From Acidobacteriota bacterium (GTDB lineage: Bacteria > Acidobacteriota > B3-B38 > Guanabaribacteriales > JAGGZT01): a stretch of DNA of 64,000 nt. The first letter of the stretch is position 1; each line of letters starts with the position of its first letter. Position numbers and translations under genes: made by a program. A model generated the notes under the pieces. It was not told the DNA's origin and made no database searches. It was given only the letters and a program-made list of their open reading frames with translations. The stretch spans positions 17,675-81,674 of the forward strand of contig JAGGZT010000012.1 in the NCBI GenBank assembly GCA_021161905.1. The letters are read 5' to 3'. This document shows positions 20,193 through 29,456 of the stretch, one piece after another.

Positions 20193-22145
20193 TTAATAAT
20201 CTTCTTCCTTTTTCCCTTTCTCGGAGGAGGGTTTCTCCTTCTCCTTTTTCTTTGCGGCGAACTTCTTCGCTATATGAGAACCCAAAAGCTCAACATTCTC
20301 TATTTTAGCAACCTCGCCGAGATTTATCGTCCCTGCCCTCTCCTCTACCTTTTTCCGCTCCTTCTTCTCCTTTCTCTCCTCTTTCTTCTCTTTTTTCTCT
20401 TTCTTCTCCTTCTTCCTCTTCTCCTCCTCAGCCTTCCGCTTCTTTTTCTCCTCTTCAGCCTCATAGGCAGCTACGCTGAGCCCGATCTTTCGCTGAGCAA
20501 AATCCATCTTGGTGATCTTCATCGTGAGCATCTGCCCGATTGAGAACTCCTTCTCCGGATCCTTCACCTTCTTCCGACTGAGCTCAGAGACATGAACCAA
20601 ACCTTCTATCCCCTCCTCAAGCTCCACAAAGGCGCCGAAATTGGTGAGCCGGACGATCTTCCCAGTCACCACATCGCCGATCTTATGTTCGCTAAAGAAC
20701 TTCTCCCAAATATTGGGGCTGAGCTGTTTAAGCCCTAAAGAAAGCCTTTGATTCTCAGGGTCGATATGGAGGATGACCGCCTCTACCTCCTCCCCCTTCT
20801 TCAGAACCTCAGAGGGATGTTTTATCTTCTTTGTCCAAGACATATCAGAGATATGAACAAGGCCGTCAATCCCCTCCTCCACCTCGATGAAAGCGCCAAA
20901 ATCGGTTATGTTTCGCACTCGTCCCCTTATCACATCACCGACATTGTACCTCTCAGCAATAAGTTGCCAAGGGTTGGGCTCGGTCTGCTTAAGCCCCAGG
21001 GATATCCTCCTCTGCTCCGGGTCTATACTGAGAACAACCGCCTCCACCGTATCACCTACAGTCAGTATTCGGGAGGGCTGTTTGATCCTCTTATTCCACG
21101 ACATCTCGGAGATATGGATCAATCCCTCTACACCCTCCTCTATTTCCACGAAGGCACCGTAATCAGTGAGGCTAACTACTCTACCCCGAACCCTGCTTCC
21201 TACAGGGTATTTATCCGCTACCTTCTCCCAAGGGTCGGGCGTCTTCTGCTTATAACCCAAGGAGACACGCTCCTTCTCCCGGTCGAACTTTAGAACGACC
21301 ACCTCGACTTCATCCCCCACAGCAAACAACTCCGAGGGATGACTTATCCTCCCCCAGGACATATCGGTGATATGAAGGAGACCATCTATCCCTCCGAGGT
21401 CGATAAAGGCGCCGTACTCGGTGATATTCTTCACCACTCCCTTTACTATCTTCCCTTCTTCAAGACTAGCCAAGGTCTTTTTTCTTCTCTCAACACTCTC
21501 CTCCTCTACCACCATCTTCCGCGAGACCACGATATTACCTCGCCTCTTGTTGAGCTTTATCACCTTGACCTTTATCTCTTTTCCCTTGAAGCTATCGAGA
21601 TCACGAACTGGACGAACATCTATCTGCGAGCCAGGGAGGAACGCCTTCACCCCAATATCGACCGAAAGTCCTCCTTTCACCCGGTCAATGACCTTACCGG
21701 TGATCGTCTCGTTGTTTCTGTAAGCATTCTCAATATCATCCCAGATCTTCATCCGCTCCGCCTTCTCATAGGAGAGAAGCACCCGCCCTTCCTGATCCTC
21801 AGGTATCTCCACCATAACCTTCACCTTGTCCCCTACCTTTACCTTGAGCTCCCCTTTGGCATCCTTGAACTCAGCGATATCTACTATCCCTTCCGACTTG
21901 TACCCGATATCAACCAACACCTCCGCCTCAGATATCTTCACCACCGTCCCCTCAACTACATCCCCCACCTCAAGCCCTTTAAAGCTTTGCTCGTAAAGCT
22001 CCGCCAACTTTTCCCGATCAATCTCCTCTGGGGATTCAGGAATATCAAATGAGCCATCCTTCTCTTTTTCTAAGGAGAAAGCATTGTTTCCCTCGAGCTC
22101 ACCTCCTCTTGTTTTCTCTTTCTCGTTTAACTCATCATAATTCAT
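20193..22145 (-). CDS. rpsA: 30S ribosomal protein S1 with a ~100-aa Lys/Glu-rich C-terminal tail
   Basis: Six S1 (OB) repeats (...GxVxxIxxFGAFVxL...). The start is placed at the internal ATG (MNYDELNEK...) with GGAGG 11 nt upstream. The ORF-track N-extension (MCSRRGEF...) overlaps the leader. The C-terminal tail carries EEEKKKRKAEEEKRKKEKKEKKEKKEERKEKKERKK. Confidence 0.9.
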   Translation of the reverse strand: MNYDELNEKEKTRGGELEGNNAFSLEKEKDGSFDIPESPEEIDREKLAELYEQSFKGLEVGDVVEGTVVKISEAEVLVDIGYKSEGIVDIAEFKDAKGELKVKVGDKVKVMVEIPEDQEGRVLLSYEKAERMKIWDDIENAYRNNETITGKVIDRVKGGLSVDIGVKAFLPGSQIDVRPVRDLDSFKGKEIKVKVIKLNKRRGNIVVSRKMVVEEESVERRKKTLASLEEGKIVKGVVKNITEYGAFIDLGGIDGLLHITDMSWGRISHPSELFAVGDEVEVVVLKFDREKERVSLGYKQKTPDPWEKVADKYPVGSRVRGRVVSLTDYGAFVEIEEGVEGLIHISEMSWNKRIKQPSRILTVGDTVEAVVLSIDPEQRRISLGLKQTEPNPWQLIAERYNVGDVIRGRVRNITDFGAFIEVEEGIDGLVHISDMSWTKKIKHPSEVLKKGEEVEAVILHIDPENQRLSLGLKQLSPNIWEKFFSEHKIGDVVTGKIVRLTNFGAFVELEEGIEGLVHVSELSRKKVKDPEKEFSIGQMLTMKITKMDFAQRKIGLSVAAYEAEEEKKKRKAEEEKRKKEKKEKKEKKEERKEKKERKKVEERAGTINLGEVAKIENVELLGSHIAKKFAAKKKEKEKPSSEKGKKEEDY

Positions 22146-22273
22146 TAGCCTCGATACCTCCTTTTCCCAATTTACGACCTCTCTTCCTCTCTTCAGTCCC
22201 GCTTTGGTGCAGAAAAAATTGGTGAATTCCCCTCTCCGCGAGCACAAAGAGTAGGTCGTATTTGTAAGTTTAA

Positions 22274-22303
22274 ATTATATGGTAGGTTATATCTTTATGT
22301 CAA
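22274..22303 (-). promoter_or_regulatory. consensus sigma70 promoter for rpsA (TTGACA-18-TATAAT) inside the 3' end of cmk; implies a ~120-nt 5'UTR
   Basis: The minus strand reads cccTTGACAtaaagatataacctaccaTATAATttaaac. The -35 box overlaps the last codons of cmk. Long S1 leaders are known autoregulatory elements in E. coli. Confidence 0.55.
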
Positions 22304-22987
22304 GGGTAAAGTAAGCTCCTTTACCTTCTTAAGCATAAATTCTATTACCTCCTCCAAACTGAGAGAAGTGGAATCAAGGTAGATGGCATCATCCGCCCTA
22401 CAAAGTGGAGAATCGGGGCGGGTACTATCCCGTCTGTCCCTCTTTCTCGTCTCCTCAAGCACCTCGGAAAAACTGAGGGATATCCCCTTCTCCTTGAGCT
22501 CCTTGAACCTCCTCCTCGCCCTCTCTTCGAGGGTGGCATCGAGGAAAAACTTGACCTCGGCATCGGGAAAGACCTTGGTCCCTATATCCCTTCCCTCTAC
22601 CACCACCCCTCCCTCCTTACCTACCTCACGCTGGAGGGCAACTAACCGCCGTCTCACCCCAGGATAGACCGAGATGACCGAGGCTACCTCCCCGATCCCG
22701 GGCTTCCTTATCTCCTCAGTCACATCACGCCCATCGAGGAGAACCCGATAAGAAGAGGATGATTTTCGAAACTCCACCTGAGAACTTTCCGCCAGCGAAA
22801 CAACCTCCTCCTCGGAGGAGGGATCGATCCCCGTTTCAACCACCTTGAGCGCTATCGCCCGATACATAGCACCGGTATCGAGATAAAAATAGCCGAGCTT
22901 GGCAGCAAGAGCCTTCCCCACCGTGCTCTTCCCAGCACCAGCAGGACCATCAATGGCTATTACTATCCCTCTACTCCTCTTCCTCAT
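22295..22987 (-). CDS. cmk: cytidylate kinase
   Basis: 230 aa with the P-loop IAIDGPAGAGKST. The cmk-rpsA synteny is conserved. Confidence 0.93.
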   Translation of the reverse strand: MRKRSRGIVIAIDGPAGAGKSTVGKALAAKLGYFYLDTGAMYRAIALKVVETGIDPSSEEEVVSLAESSQVEFRKSSSSYRVLLDGRDVTEEIRKPGIGEVASVISVYPGVRRRLVALQREVGKEGGVVVEGRDIGTKVFPDAEVKFFLDATLEERARRRFKELKEKGISLSFSEVLEETRKRDRRDSTRPDSPLCRADDAIYLDSTSLSLEEVIEFMLKKVKELTLPLT

Positions 22988-24069
22988 CTCCCAAGAACCT
23001 TCCGCAAGGAGGCAACGAACCTTTCTAATTCCTTCATCTCACCAATGCTCACCCGCACCCCATTCTCAAAGCCCCAGCCCTTCATTCCCCTTACGATCAC
23101 TCCTTCCCTAAGGAGCCTCTGTGTCAACTCATCACCATCGACCGGGGTGAAGAAAAGCATAAAGTTGGTATGTGAGGGGACAAACGATATCCCCAGCTTC
23201 CTGAACTCCTCTCCGAGATATCTCTTTCCCTCGTCGTTCGCCTCCACCGTCTTACGCACATAATCCTCATCATCGAGTGCTGCCATCGCCGCCTTCTGGG
23301 CAAGGGTACCGGTGTTGAACGGGGGCATTACCCGCAATAACCACTCCATAAGCTCCGGAGTGGTGATGCCGTAGCCTATCCTAAGACCAGCCAAACCGTA
23401 GATCTTGGAGAAGGTCCGAAGGATAATAACCCTCCTTCCCTCCCTTACATAAGCCAAGGAATCGGGATAAGCGGGATCATCGATGTACTCATAATATGCC
23501 TCATCGAGAACCACCACCACTTCTTCCGGCACCTGAGATAAAAATCTATCGAGTTCATCCGCCGTTATCATCGTTCCCGTAGGGTTATTAGGATTGGCGA
23601 TAAAGACGAGCTTTGTCTTATCATCGATCACCTCAGCCATCCTTACCAGATCGTAGCGGTAGTTCCGGAGAGGAACGAAGGTGATATCGGCATCAACCAG
23701 CTTAGCGGAAATGGGATACATAATGAATGTCCCCTCCGATATCACCACCTTCTCCTTAGGAGCGACAAAAGCACGAACGGCAAAATCGATGATCTCAGAG
23801 GAACCTCGGGCAACGATTATCTGCTCGGCAGGGATATTAAGCCTATGAGAAAGTTTCTTTCTGAGATAATAAGCGGTGGTGTCGGGATAGCGAGCTATTT
23901 CAGAAGCTTCTTTCTGAATCGCCTCTACCGCCCTGGGTGAGGGACCAAGGGGGTTCTCATTCGAGGCGAGCTTCACCACCGAGGAAAGACCGAGTTCCCT
24001 CTTAACCTCCTCCAACGGTTTTCCGGGTACATAGGGTTTAACTCCTTTGATGTAATCAGGTACCAGCAT
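22984..24069 (-). CDS. hisC: histidinol-phosphate aminotransferase (class I/II)
   Basis: 361 aa, with ...ASNENPLGPSP... near the N-terminus and a class I/II fold-type I architecture. It overlaps cmk by 4 nt. Confidence 0.8.
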   Translation of the reverse strand: MLVPDYIKGVKPYVPGKPLEEVKRELGLSSVVKLASNENPLGPSPRAVEAIQKEASEIARYPDTTAYYLRKKLSHRLNIPAEQIIVARGSSEIIDFAVRAFVAPKEKVVISEGTFIMYPISAKLVDADITFVPLRNYRYDLVRMAEVIDDKTKLVFIANPNNPTGTMITADELDRFLSQVPEEVVVVLDEAYYEYIDDPAYPDSLAYVREGRRVIILRTFSKIYGLAGLRIGYGITTPELMEWLLRVMPPFNTGTLAQKAAMAALDDEDYVRKTVEANDEGKRYLGEEFRKLGISFVPSHTNFMLFFTPVDGDELTQRLLREGVIVRGMKGWGFENGVRVSIGEMKELERFVASLRKVLGR

Positions 24070-24790
24070 TTTTCACCTCGCTTTGTTTTACGAATCGTTC
24101 CACTTCAGCGGGGGTAAGTTCTCGAAAATCGCCGGGCTTTAGTCCTTTTATATTAAAGAAAGAGATAGCCACCCGCTTTAACCTTATTACCGGATGACCT
24201 ATCCGAAAAAACATCTCCTTTATCTGATTCTTCCTCCCTTCAAAAAGGATCACCCGAAACCAGGAGTTCCTCTCCTTCCTAAGTAGGGTGATCTTGGCGG
24301 GCACTGTCTTATATCCATCGATCACTATCCCCCGCCGTAGCTTTTCTATCTCCTTCGACTGAGGAACCCCCTTTACCTTCACCAAATACACCTTGGGGGA
24401 ACGATAACGAGGATGGATTATTCGCTCGGCAAACTCGCCATCGTTGGTGAGGATGAGAAGTCCCTCAGCATCCCAGTCAAGTCTCCCTGCAGGATAGATC
24501 CGCTCTTTCACCTCAGGGATGAAATCGAGCACCGTAGGACGCCCCAAAGGATCGTAAACCGTAGAAAGACAATTTCGGGGTTTGTAAAAAAGGAAGTATC
24601 GCTTCCTCTCGCTGAAGGACAGCCTTACGCCGTCAACCTCTATTATGTCCTTCAGCTTATCCGCTTTGATGCCGAGCTTGGTCACCACCTCACCGTTCAC
24701 CGACACCCTCCCTTCCCGGATCAGCTCATCAGCCTTTCTCCGGGAACATATGCCCGCCTCCGCTATCAGCTTATTCAGTCTTTCCTTCAT
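24056..24790 (-). CDS. rluB: rRNA pseudouridine synthase RsuA/RluB family
   Basis: An S4 domain (ERLNKLIAEAGICSRRKADELIREGRVSVNG) is followed by the RsuA catalytic domain with a PAGRLD-like motif. The internal start at MKERLNK is preferred over the ORF-track start at 24844. Confidence 0.8.
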   Translation of the reverse strand: MKERLNKLIAEAGICSRRKADELIREGRVSVNGEVVTKLGIKADKLKDIIEVDGVRLSFSERKRYFLFYKPRNCLSTVYDPLGRPTVLDFIPEVKERIYPAGRLDWDAEGLLILTNDGEFAERIIHPRYRSPKVYLVKVKGVPQSKEIEKLRRGIVIDGYKTVPAKITLLRKERNSWFRVILFEGRKNQIKEMFFRIGHPVIRLKRVAISFFNIKGLKPGDFRELTPAEVERFVKQSEVKNAGT

Positions 24791-25358
24791 CGGGAGAAGA
24801 TGTAGCCTCACTTTCCCTCTCATCCTCAGGTAAAAACTCCTCAAACTCCTCTAACCGGGGGAGCTCGGAGAGATCGCGGAGCCCAAAGCGGAGGAGAAAC
24901 TCCTTGGTAGTGCCATATAAAAAGGGCCTTCCCGGTGCATCCTTCCTTCCAATTATCCTGATGAGCTTCTTCGCCAATAGGCTTTTCAGAGGGCCGCTCA
25001 CATCGACTCCCCGGATAGCCGATATCTCGGGGGTGGATATCGGCTGACGATAGGCGATCACCGCGAGCGTTTCAAGTGCTGCCTGGGAAAGCCTAACCTC
25101 CCTCCTCTCGGTGAGGAGCTTCCTTATATAAGGATCGTACTCAGGACGGGTGATCAACTGATATCCCCCGGCTACCTCGACGAGGAGAAGACCTCCACCC
25201 CTTTCCTTATACTCGGCGGAAAGCTCCTCGATAGCACTCCTTATCTCTTTTATCCCCTCATCGGGAAGGACCTCGGATATCTCCTTAAGGGAAACGGGCT
25301 TTGGGGATACAAAGATAAGCGCTTCAATTATCCCCTTAAGCTCTCCTTTTTCCATCAC
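24771..25358 (-). CDS. scpB: segregation and condensation protein B
   Basis: 195 aa with tandem winged-helix repeats (IIEALIFVSPKPVSL...). It is coupled to scpA. Confidence 0.9.
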   Translation of the reverse strand: MMEKGELKGIIEALIFVSPKPVSLKEISEVLPDEGIKEIRSAIEELSAEYKERGGGLLLVEVAGGYQLITRPEYDPYIRKLLTERREVRLSQAALETLAVIAYRQPISTPEISAIRGVDVSGPLKSLLAKKLIRIIGRKDAPGRPFLYGTTKEFLLRFGLRDLSELPRLEEFEEFLPEDERESEATSSPDEGKTE

Positions 25359-26086
25359 CAGCTCAATTCCTCCGGCTTGACCGAGCTCGGGTAGATGAAT
25401 ATCTCCCCAAATGGCTCTTTCTGATATGCCACTATCAACTTGAGCCTTATCGCCTCGAGTATGGCAAGGAAGGTGACGAACATCGCCTTTCTTCCCTCAC
25501 TCTTGAATAGCTCACTGAAAGTGAGAGGAGCAAGCTCAGAAAGAAGACTGAGGATCTCCTTCAGCCTTTCCTCCACCGTCAGCTCATCACGCTCGATCAC
25601 CTCGGCTTCCACTTCTTCCTTCGGAGCAAGGAGTCTCTTGAAGGCGGAAAGGAGATCGAATAGATCTGCCTCTAAAAGGACTTCACTCTCAGGGGTAGCT
25701 TCGGTCTCCCTCTGCCAGCACTTGGACCAGAACTCCTCCCTCTCCTTGAGGAAAGAAGCCGCCTCGCGGAAACGCTGATGCTCGATGAGCTGAGAGACAA
25801 GCTCCTCCTTCAGTTCCTCTATCTCTTCCTTCTCTTCGCTCGTTGCCGGAAGGAGCATCTTGGATTTGATGTAAACAAGGGTTGCTGCCATCAGAAGAAA
25901 TTCACTTGCAACCTCAAGGTTCAACTCCCGCATCAGATCAAGGTACTCGAGATACTCCTTCGTTATCTCCGCTATCGGTATCTCCCAGACTTCTATCTCC
26001 CTCTTCCTGACCAGGTGGAGGAGGAGATCAAGCGGTCCCTCAAATACCGGTATTCTTACCTTGTAGGGGACCTCGGATGATGTCAT
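25355..26086 (-). CDS. scpA: segregation and condensation protein A
   Basis: 243 aa with the N-terminus FEGPLDLLLHLVRKREIEVWEIPIAEIT. It overlaps trpS and scpB by 4 nt each. Confidence 0.9.
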   Translation of the reverse strand: MTSSEVPYKVRIPVFEGPLDLLLHLVRKREIEVWEIPIAEITKEYLEYLDLMRELNLEVASEFLLMAATLVYIKSKMLLPATSEEKEEIEELKEELVSQLIEHQRFREAASFLKEREEFWSKCWQRETEATPESEVLLEADLFDLLSAFKRLLAPKEEVEAEVIERDELTVEERLKEILSLLSELAPLTFSELFKSEGRKAMFVTFLAILEAIRLKLIVAYQKEPFGEIFIYPSSVKPEELSW

Positions 26087-27075
26087 ATCCCTGCCAGTCC
26101 CATCGCTTCTCTCACTTCACTCATCGTTTCCTCGGCTACCGCCCTCGCCTTCTTAGCTCCTTCGGCAAGGATATCCCGCACCAGATCCGGCTTTTCCTCG
26201 TACTCCCTCCTTTTCTCCCTTATCGGGGCGAGGAACTCGACGAGCGATGAGGAGAGAACCCTTTTGCAATCGGTGCATCCTATCTCCGCTTTCCTGCAGG
26301 CGTTTTCTATCTCCGCCGTCTTTTTCGGGTCGGTAAATAGCCGATGATAGGGGAAGAGGTTGCACACCTCAGGGCGCCCGGGATCGCTTCTCCTCACTCT
26401 ATTCGGGTCGGTGAACATCGTCTTAACCTTTTCCTCTATCTCCTGAGGAGGATCGGCAAGGTTTATCACATTACCATAACTCTTACTCATCTTCCTCCCG
26501 TCGAGGCCAAGAAGACGGGGAAACTTGGTGAGAAGCGCCTGCGGTTCGGGAAAGACCGGGCGATAGAGATGGTTGAATCGGCGAACGATCTCCCGGGCAA
26601 GCTCGATATGGGGAACCTGATCCTCCCCTACCGGCACACACTCCGCCTTATAGATTATTATGTCAGCAGTCTGAAGGAGGGGATAGCCCAAAAAACCGTA
26701 GGTGGAAAGGTCCTTATCCGGAAGCTCCCGCTGCTGTTCCTTGTAAGAGGGAACGCGCTCAAGCCAGGGGATAGGTACGATCATCGAAAGAAGGAGATGG
26801 AGCTCCGCATGTTGTGGTACATCGGACTGGACGAAGATCACGCTCCGCTCCGGATCGAGCCCCACAGCAAGCCAATCGCGGGCTACCTCAAGGGTATACT
26901 CCCGTATCTTAGAAGGATCGGCATATTCGGTGGTGAGAGCGTGCCAGGGGACGATTGTGTAGAAGCAGTCATATTCATCCTGGAGCTTGACCCAGTTGTT
27001 CAAAGCACCGATCAGATGACCAAGGTGGAGCTTTCCTGTAGGTCGCATCCCACTTAAAACCCGCTTCCTCTTCAT
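26083..27075 (-). CDS. trpS: tryptophanyl-tRNA synthetase
   Basis: 330 aa class I synthetase with HIGH (GKLHLGHLIG) and KMSKS (RKMSKSYGN) motifs. Confidence 0.93.
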   Translation of the reverse strand: MKRKRVLSGMRPTGKLHLGHLIGALNNWVKLQDEYDCFYTIVPWHALTTEYADPSKIREYTLEVARDWLAVGLDPERSVIFVQSDVPQHAELHLLLSMIVPIPWLERVPSYKEQQRELPDKDLSTYGFLGYPLLQTADIIIYKAECVPVGEDQVPHIELAREIVRRFNHLYRPVFPEPQALLTKFPRLLGLDGRKMSKSYGNVINLADPPQEIEEKVKTMFTDPNRVRRSDPGRPEVCNLFPYHRLFTDPKKTAEIENACRKAEIGCTDCKRVLSSSLVEFLAPIREKRREYEEKPDLVRDILAEGAKKARAVAEETMSEVREAMGLAGI

Positions 27076-27086
27076 TTATCCCTCCT

Positions 27087-27836
27087 TTAAAAGCCGATGA
27101 GAAGATGATAAAAACCAAAGCTGATAGGGAAGATCACCCGGGAAAAGAAACCGATAAAAAGAAGGATATAGATGATAACGATACCATAGATGCCCATCCG
27201 CTCAAAAGCCTCGGCAGTATGCTCGGGAAGAAGACCGGCGAGCACCCCGCCTCCATCAAGAGGGGGAATAGGGATCAAATTGAAAAAAGCGAGGATCAGG
27301 TTTATCAGCACCCCGAACTGGAGCAGTCTAAAAAGGGGAACGAAGACACCACCTGCCGGCAGAATCAATATGAGCACCCGGAAAACTAAGGCGAAGATGA
27401 CCGCTAAGGCAATGTTGCTTAATGGACCGAATCCGGAGATTATCATATTGTCCCGCCTGGGATTCCTCAGATTGTAAGGATTAACCGGAACCGGCTTCGC
27501 CCATCCAATAAGTGCCCAACCGGAGATCGCAGCCAAGATGGGAAGAATAACTGTGCCGATGATATCGATATGGACGAGAGGATTAAGTGAGATCCGTCCC
27601 AACCGGCGGGCGGTCGGATCACCCAACCTATCGGCGAAATAGGCATGAGCGCTTTCATGGACGGTCAAGGAAAACAAAAGAACAACATACTGAAGAACAA
27701 AATCAGCCACCTTAGCCTCCTTCCTCAAGGTGAAAAATAGTCTTTTCATCCTAACACAGCAGGATGGGCGAGTCAACTTCAACAGCCATCGCTGTACACA
27801 ATGATATCTCAAGATAATCTTAATAAATAACTTCAA
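27087..27836 (-). CDS. site-2 protease family (peptidase M50) membrane metalloprotease
   Basis: It has HExxH within a TM helix (LTVHESAHAYFA) and downstream TM segments. The start may be the internal ATG at about 27749 (MKRLFFTLRK...). Neither candidate start has a good Shine-Dalgarno sequence. Confidence 0.8.
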   Translation of the reverse strand: MKLFIKIILRYHCVQRWLLKLTRPSCCVRMKRLFFTLRKEAKVADFVLQYVVLLFSLTVHESAHAYFADRLGDPTARRLGRISLNPLVHIDIIGTVILPILAAISGWALIGWAKPVPVNPYNLRNPRRDNMIISGFGPLSNIALAVIFALVFRVLILILPAGGVFVPLFRLLQFGVLINLILAFFNLIPIPPLDGGGVLAGLLPEHTAEAFERMGIYGIVIIYILLFIGFFSRVIFPISFGFYHLLIGF

Positions 27837-27858
27837 TCAGGAAGATGACCACGAGATA

Positions 27859-27886
27859 TTCATACTTGGTTCAAATATGTTATAAT
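27859..27886 (+). promoter_or_regulatory. candidate sigma70 promoter of the plus-strand OMP cassette (TTCATA-16-TATAAT)
   Basis: Read directly from the sequence: ...atattcatacttggttcaaatatgtTATAATctga... in a roughly 30% GC spacer. The -35 box is weak. Confidence 0.35.
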
Positions 27887-27919
27887 CTGACCAAAAGATA
27901 AAAATTAAGGAGTAGAATT

Positions 27920-28147
27920 ATGAAATTATTTAGATCTTCTGATAACAGGACGAAGTTGCCTTTTCGTCTAAATATTCAACATATTCCTTCATCAATTGGA
28001 TTTCTCTATATAGGTAACATCCAATCGGGAAGGTGGTTTATACTTAGAGTAACCCATAATAACTATAAGCCATTCAAATCTACGCTCCTTTCTCTCAGCC
28101 CTGGAGAGAAGGTCGAGGGGTTAAGGATTGTGCTGGAGGATAAATGA
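27920..28147 (+). CDS. orphan 75-aa protein, no signal peptide, no recognisable family
   Basis: There is a perfect AAGGAG 7 nt upstream of the ATG. Its stop overlaps the next gene start (ATGATGG), indicating translational coupling. GC is very low (about 30% by hand count). Confidence 0.45.
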   Translation: MKLFRSSDNRTKLPFRLNIQHIPSSIGFLYIGNIQSGRWFILRVTHNNYKPFKSTLLSLSPGEKVEGLRIVLEDK

Positions 28148-28773
28148 TGGGCTCCAAATCACAGAAAAGGATGGTTACCCTTATCTTCCTCTCTTCTCTT
28201 CTGGTTAGTTCTTTTTCCGCCTATGCGGAGGAGGAGAAGCGGTTTGAGGTTCTATTCTGTGGTGGTGTCTCGTATGCCACTTCCTGTTTCGGCTTCTCAC
28301 CCGGGGTGAGCTTTTCTTATTACCTTAGGAGTAATCTCACCCTTTCACTCGATTTTGGCGCAGCCTATCATCTTCCAGATCTCGACTTTCGCCAGTTTGG
28401 GATAACGGTGGGAGAAGGAGAGCAAGAAATTAGAGTAAGTGTAAGAAACCACTACCGCTTATTTTCCTTTCTCAGTGCCGAGTATCATTTCGCTACCTCT
28501 CCTCGATTGAAGCCCTTTGTTACCGCTGGCGTTGGCTGGTGCTGGGATCATGCTGACCTCACAGTTAACACCTGGAGTTACCCTGCTCCCGGCGAATTCT
28601 CTATAGCCCAGGAAAGATATCGGAGTAGCAGGTTTCCTCTCTTCCTTGTGGGTGGTGGACTCAGGTACTATGTCAGGAAGAATGAGGTTTTAAGAGTTAC
28701 AGTACGGCTACTGGATCCCGGTGGTGATTTTACCACCTATCAATTTATTGCCGGCTGGGGCTTTTGTTTTTGA
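28144..28773 (+). CDS. small outer-membrane beta-barrel protein (OMP_b-brl/OmpW/PagL-like size class)
   Basis: 209 aa with a signal peptide and an AYA|EE cleavage site. Alternating hydrophobic residues indicate amphipathic beta-strands. The C-terminal beta-signal ends ...GWGFCF. Confidence 0.7.
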   Translation: MMGSKSQKRMVTLIFLSSLLVSSFSAYAEEEKRFEVLFCGGVSYATSCFGFSPGVSFSYYLRSNLTLSLDFGAAYHLPDLDFRQFGITVGEGEQEIRVSVRNHYRLFSFLSAEYHFATSPRLKPFVTAGVGWCWDHADLTVNTWSYPAPGEFSIAQERYRSSRFPLFLVGGGLRYYVRKNEVLRVTVRLLDPGGDFTTYQFIAGWGFCF

Positions 28774-28796
28774 GATAACCTCAAGGAGGCGTTTAG

Positions 28797-29456
28797 ATGG
28801 GAATTACGCCCGATCCATACAGAAAAAAGGGGTTAAAACTTTCTCTCCTGACTTTTATCCTCTTTTTTCTTTTCTTCTCAGTGTCGGCATTTGGTGGTGA
28901 TGTGAAAAAAGAGAACAGAATAACCTGTTACTTGGGTACCTATATGAATAGAGACTTCTATAGTCGTCTTTCTTTCAACATCGAGTACGAGAGAAGAGTC
29001 TCAAATCGTTTTGCTTTAGCAGTATCGATGGGATATGCACCTATGATACGTCCCGATCTGGAAAACTTAGCCTGGTACGAGTTTCACAACAAAGTTGGTG
29101 ACAACTTTACCCAGATCTCCTCCGGAGGATTTGTGTTAATTTTGGATTTTGGAGTTTATATCTATTTTACCCATCCAAATAAGAGCGATGAGTTACTTCT
29201 CTACCTCGGCAGCAGTTACTATCGACTGCGTGACCACCATAAAATGCTCGACAATAAATCATCCCTTACGGAGAGTTATTCCCTTTCGTTCTCTGAATAC
29301 TCCCGTTTAGATGTGGGTTTGGGATATAAGCGTAAGTTTAACGATCGATATTCCCTCAAAGCGGAATGGCGAATGGGGGATTTCTATTATTACCTTTTCA
29401 GAGGTGGAAAACCGCTTCTACACCGGATTCTTCTCGGTTTAAGCTATCGGTTTTAG
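28797..29456 (+). CDS. second small outer-membrane beta-barrel protein
   Basis: 219 aa with a signal peptide (...FFSVSAFG|GD) and Tyr/Phe-rich amphipathic strands. The C-terminal beta-signal ends ...LGLSYRF. It is AT-rich (about 36% GC). Confidence 0.7.
   Translation: MGITPDPYRKKGLKLSLLTFILFFLFFSVSAFGGDVKKENRITCYLGTYMNRDFYSRLSFNIEYERRVSNRFALAVSMGYAPMIRPDLENLAWYEFHNKVGDNFTQISSGGFVLILDFGVYIYFTHPNKSDELLLYLGSSYYRLRDHHKMLDNKSSLTESYSLSFSEYSRLDVGLGYKRKFNDRYSLKAEWRMGDFYYYLFRGGKPLLHRILLGLSYRF

Noticed and set aside
20133-20543. Poly-Leu/Phe 136-aa plus-strand ORF and a nucleotide-level tct/ctc repeat tract
   Set aside because: It is the reverse complement of the Lys/Glu-rich coding tail of rpsA. It is neither a membrane protein nor a CRISPR or tandem repeat, because the periodicity is codon-level low complexity without spacer structure.
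22146-22247. N-terminal 34-aa extension of the rpsA ORF (MCSRRGEF...)
   Set aside because: The extension covers the leader and promoter region. The ATG at 22145 has GGAGG upstream and gives a canonical S1 N-terminus.
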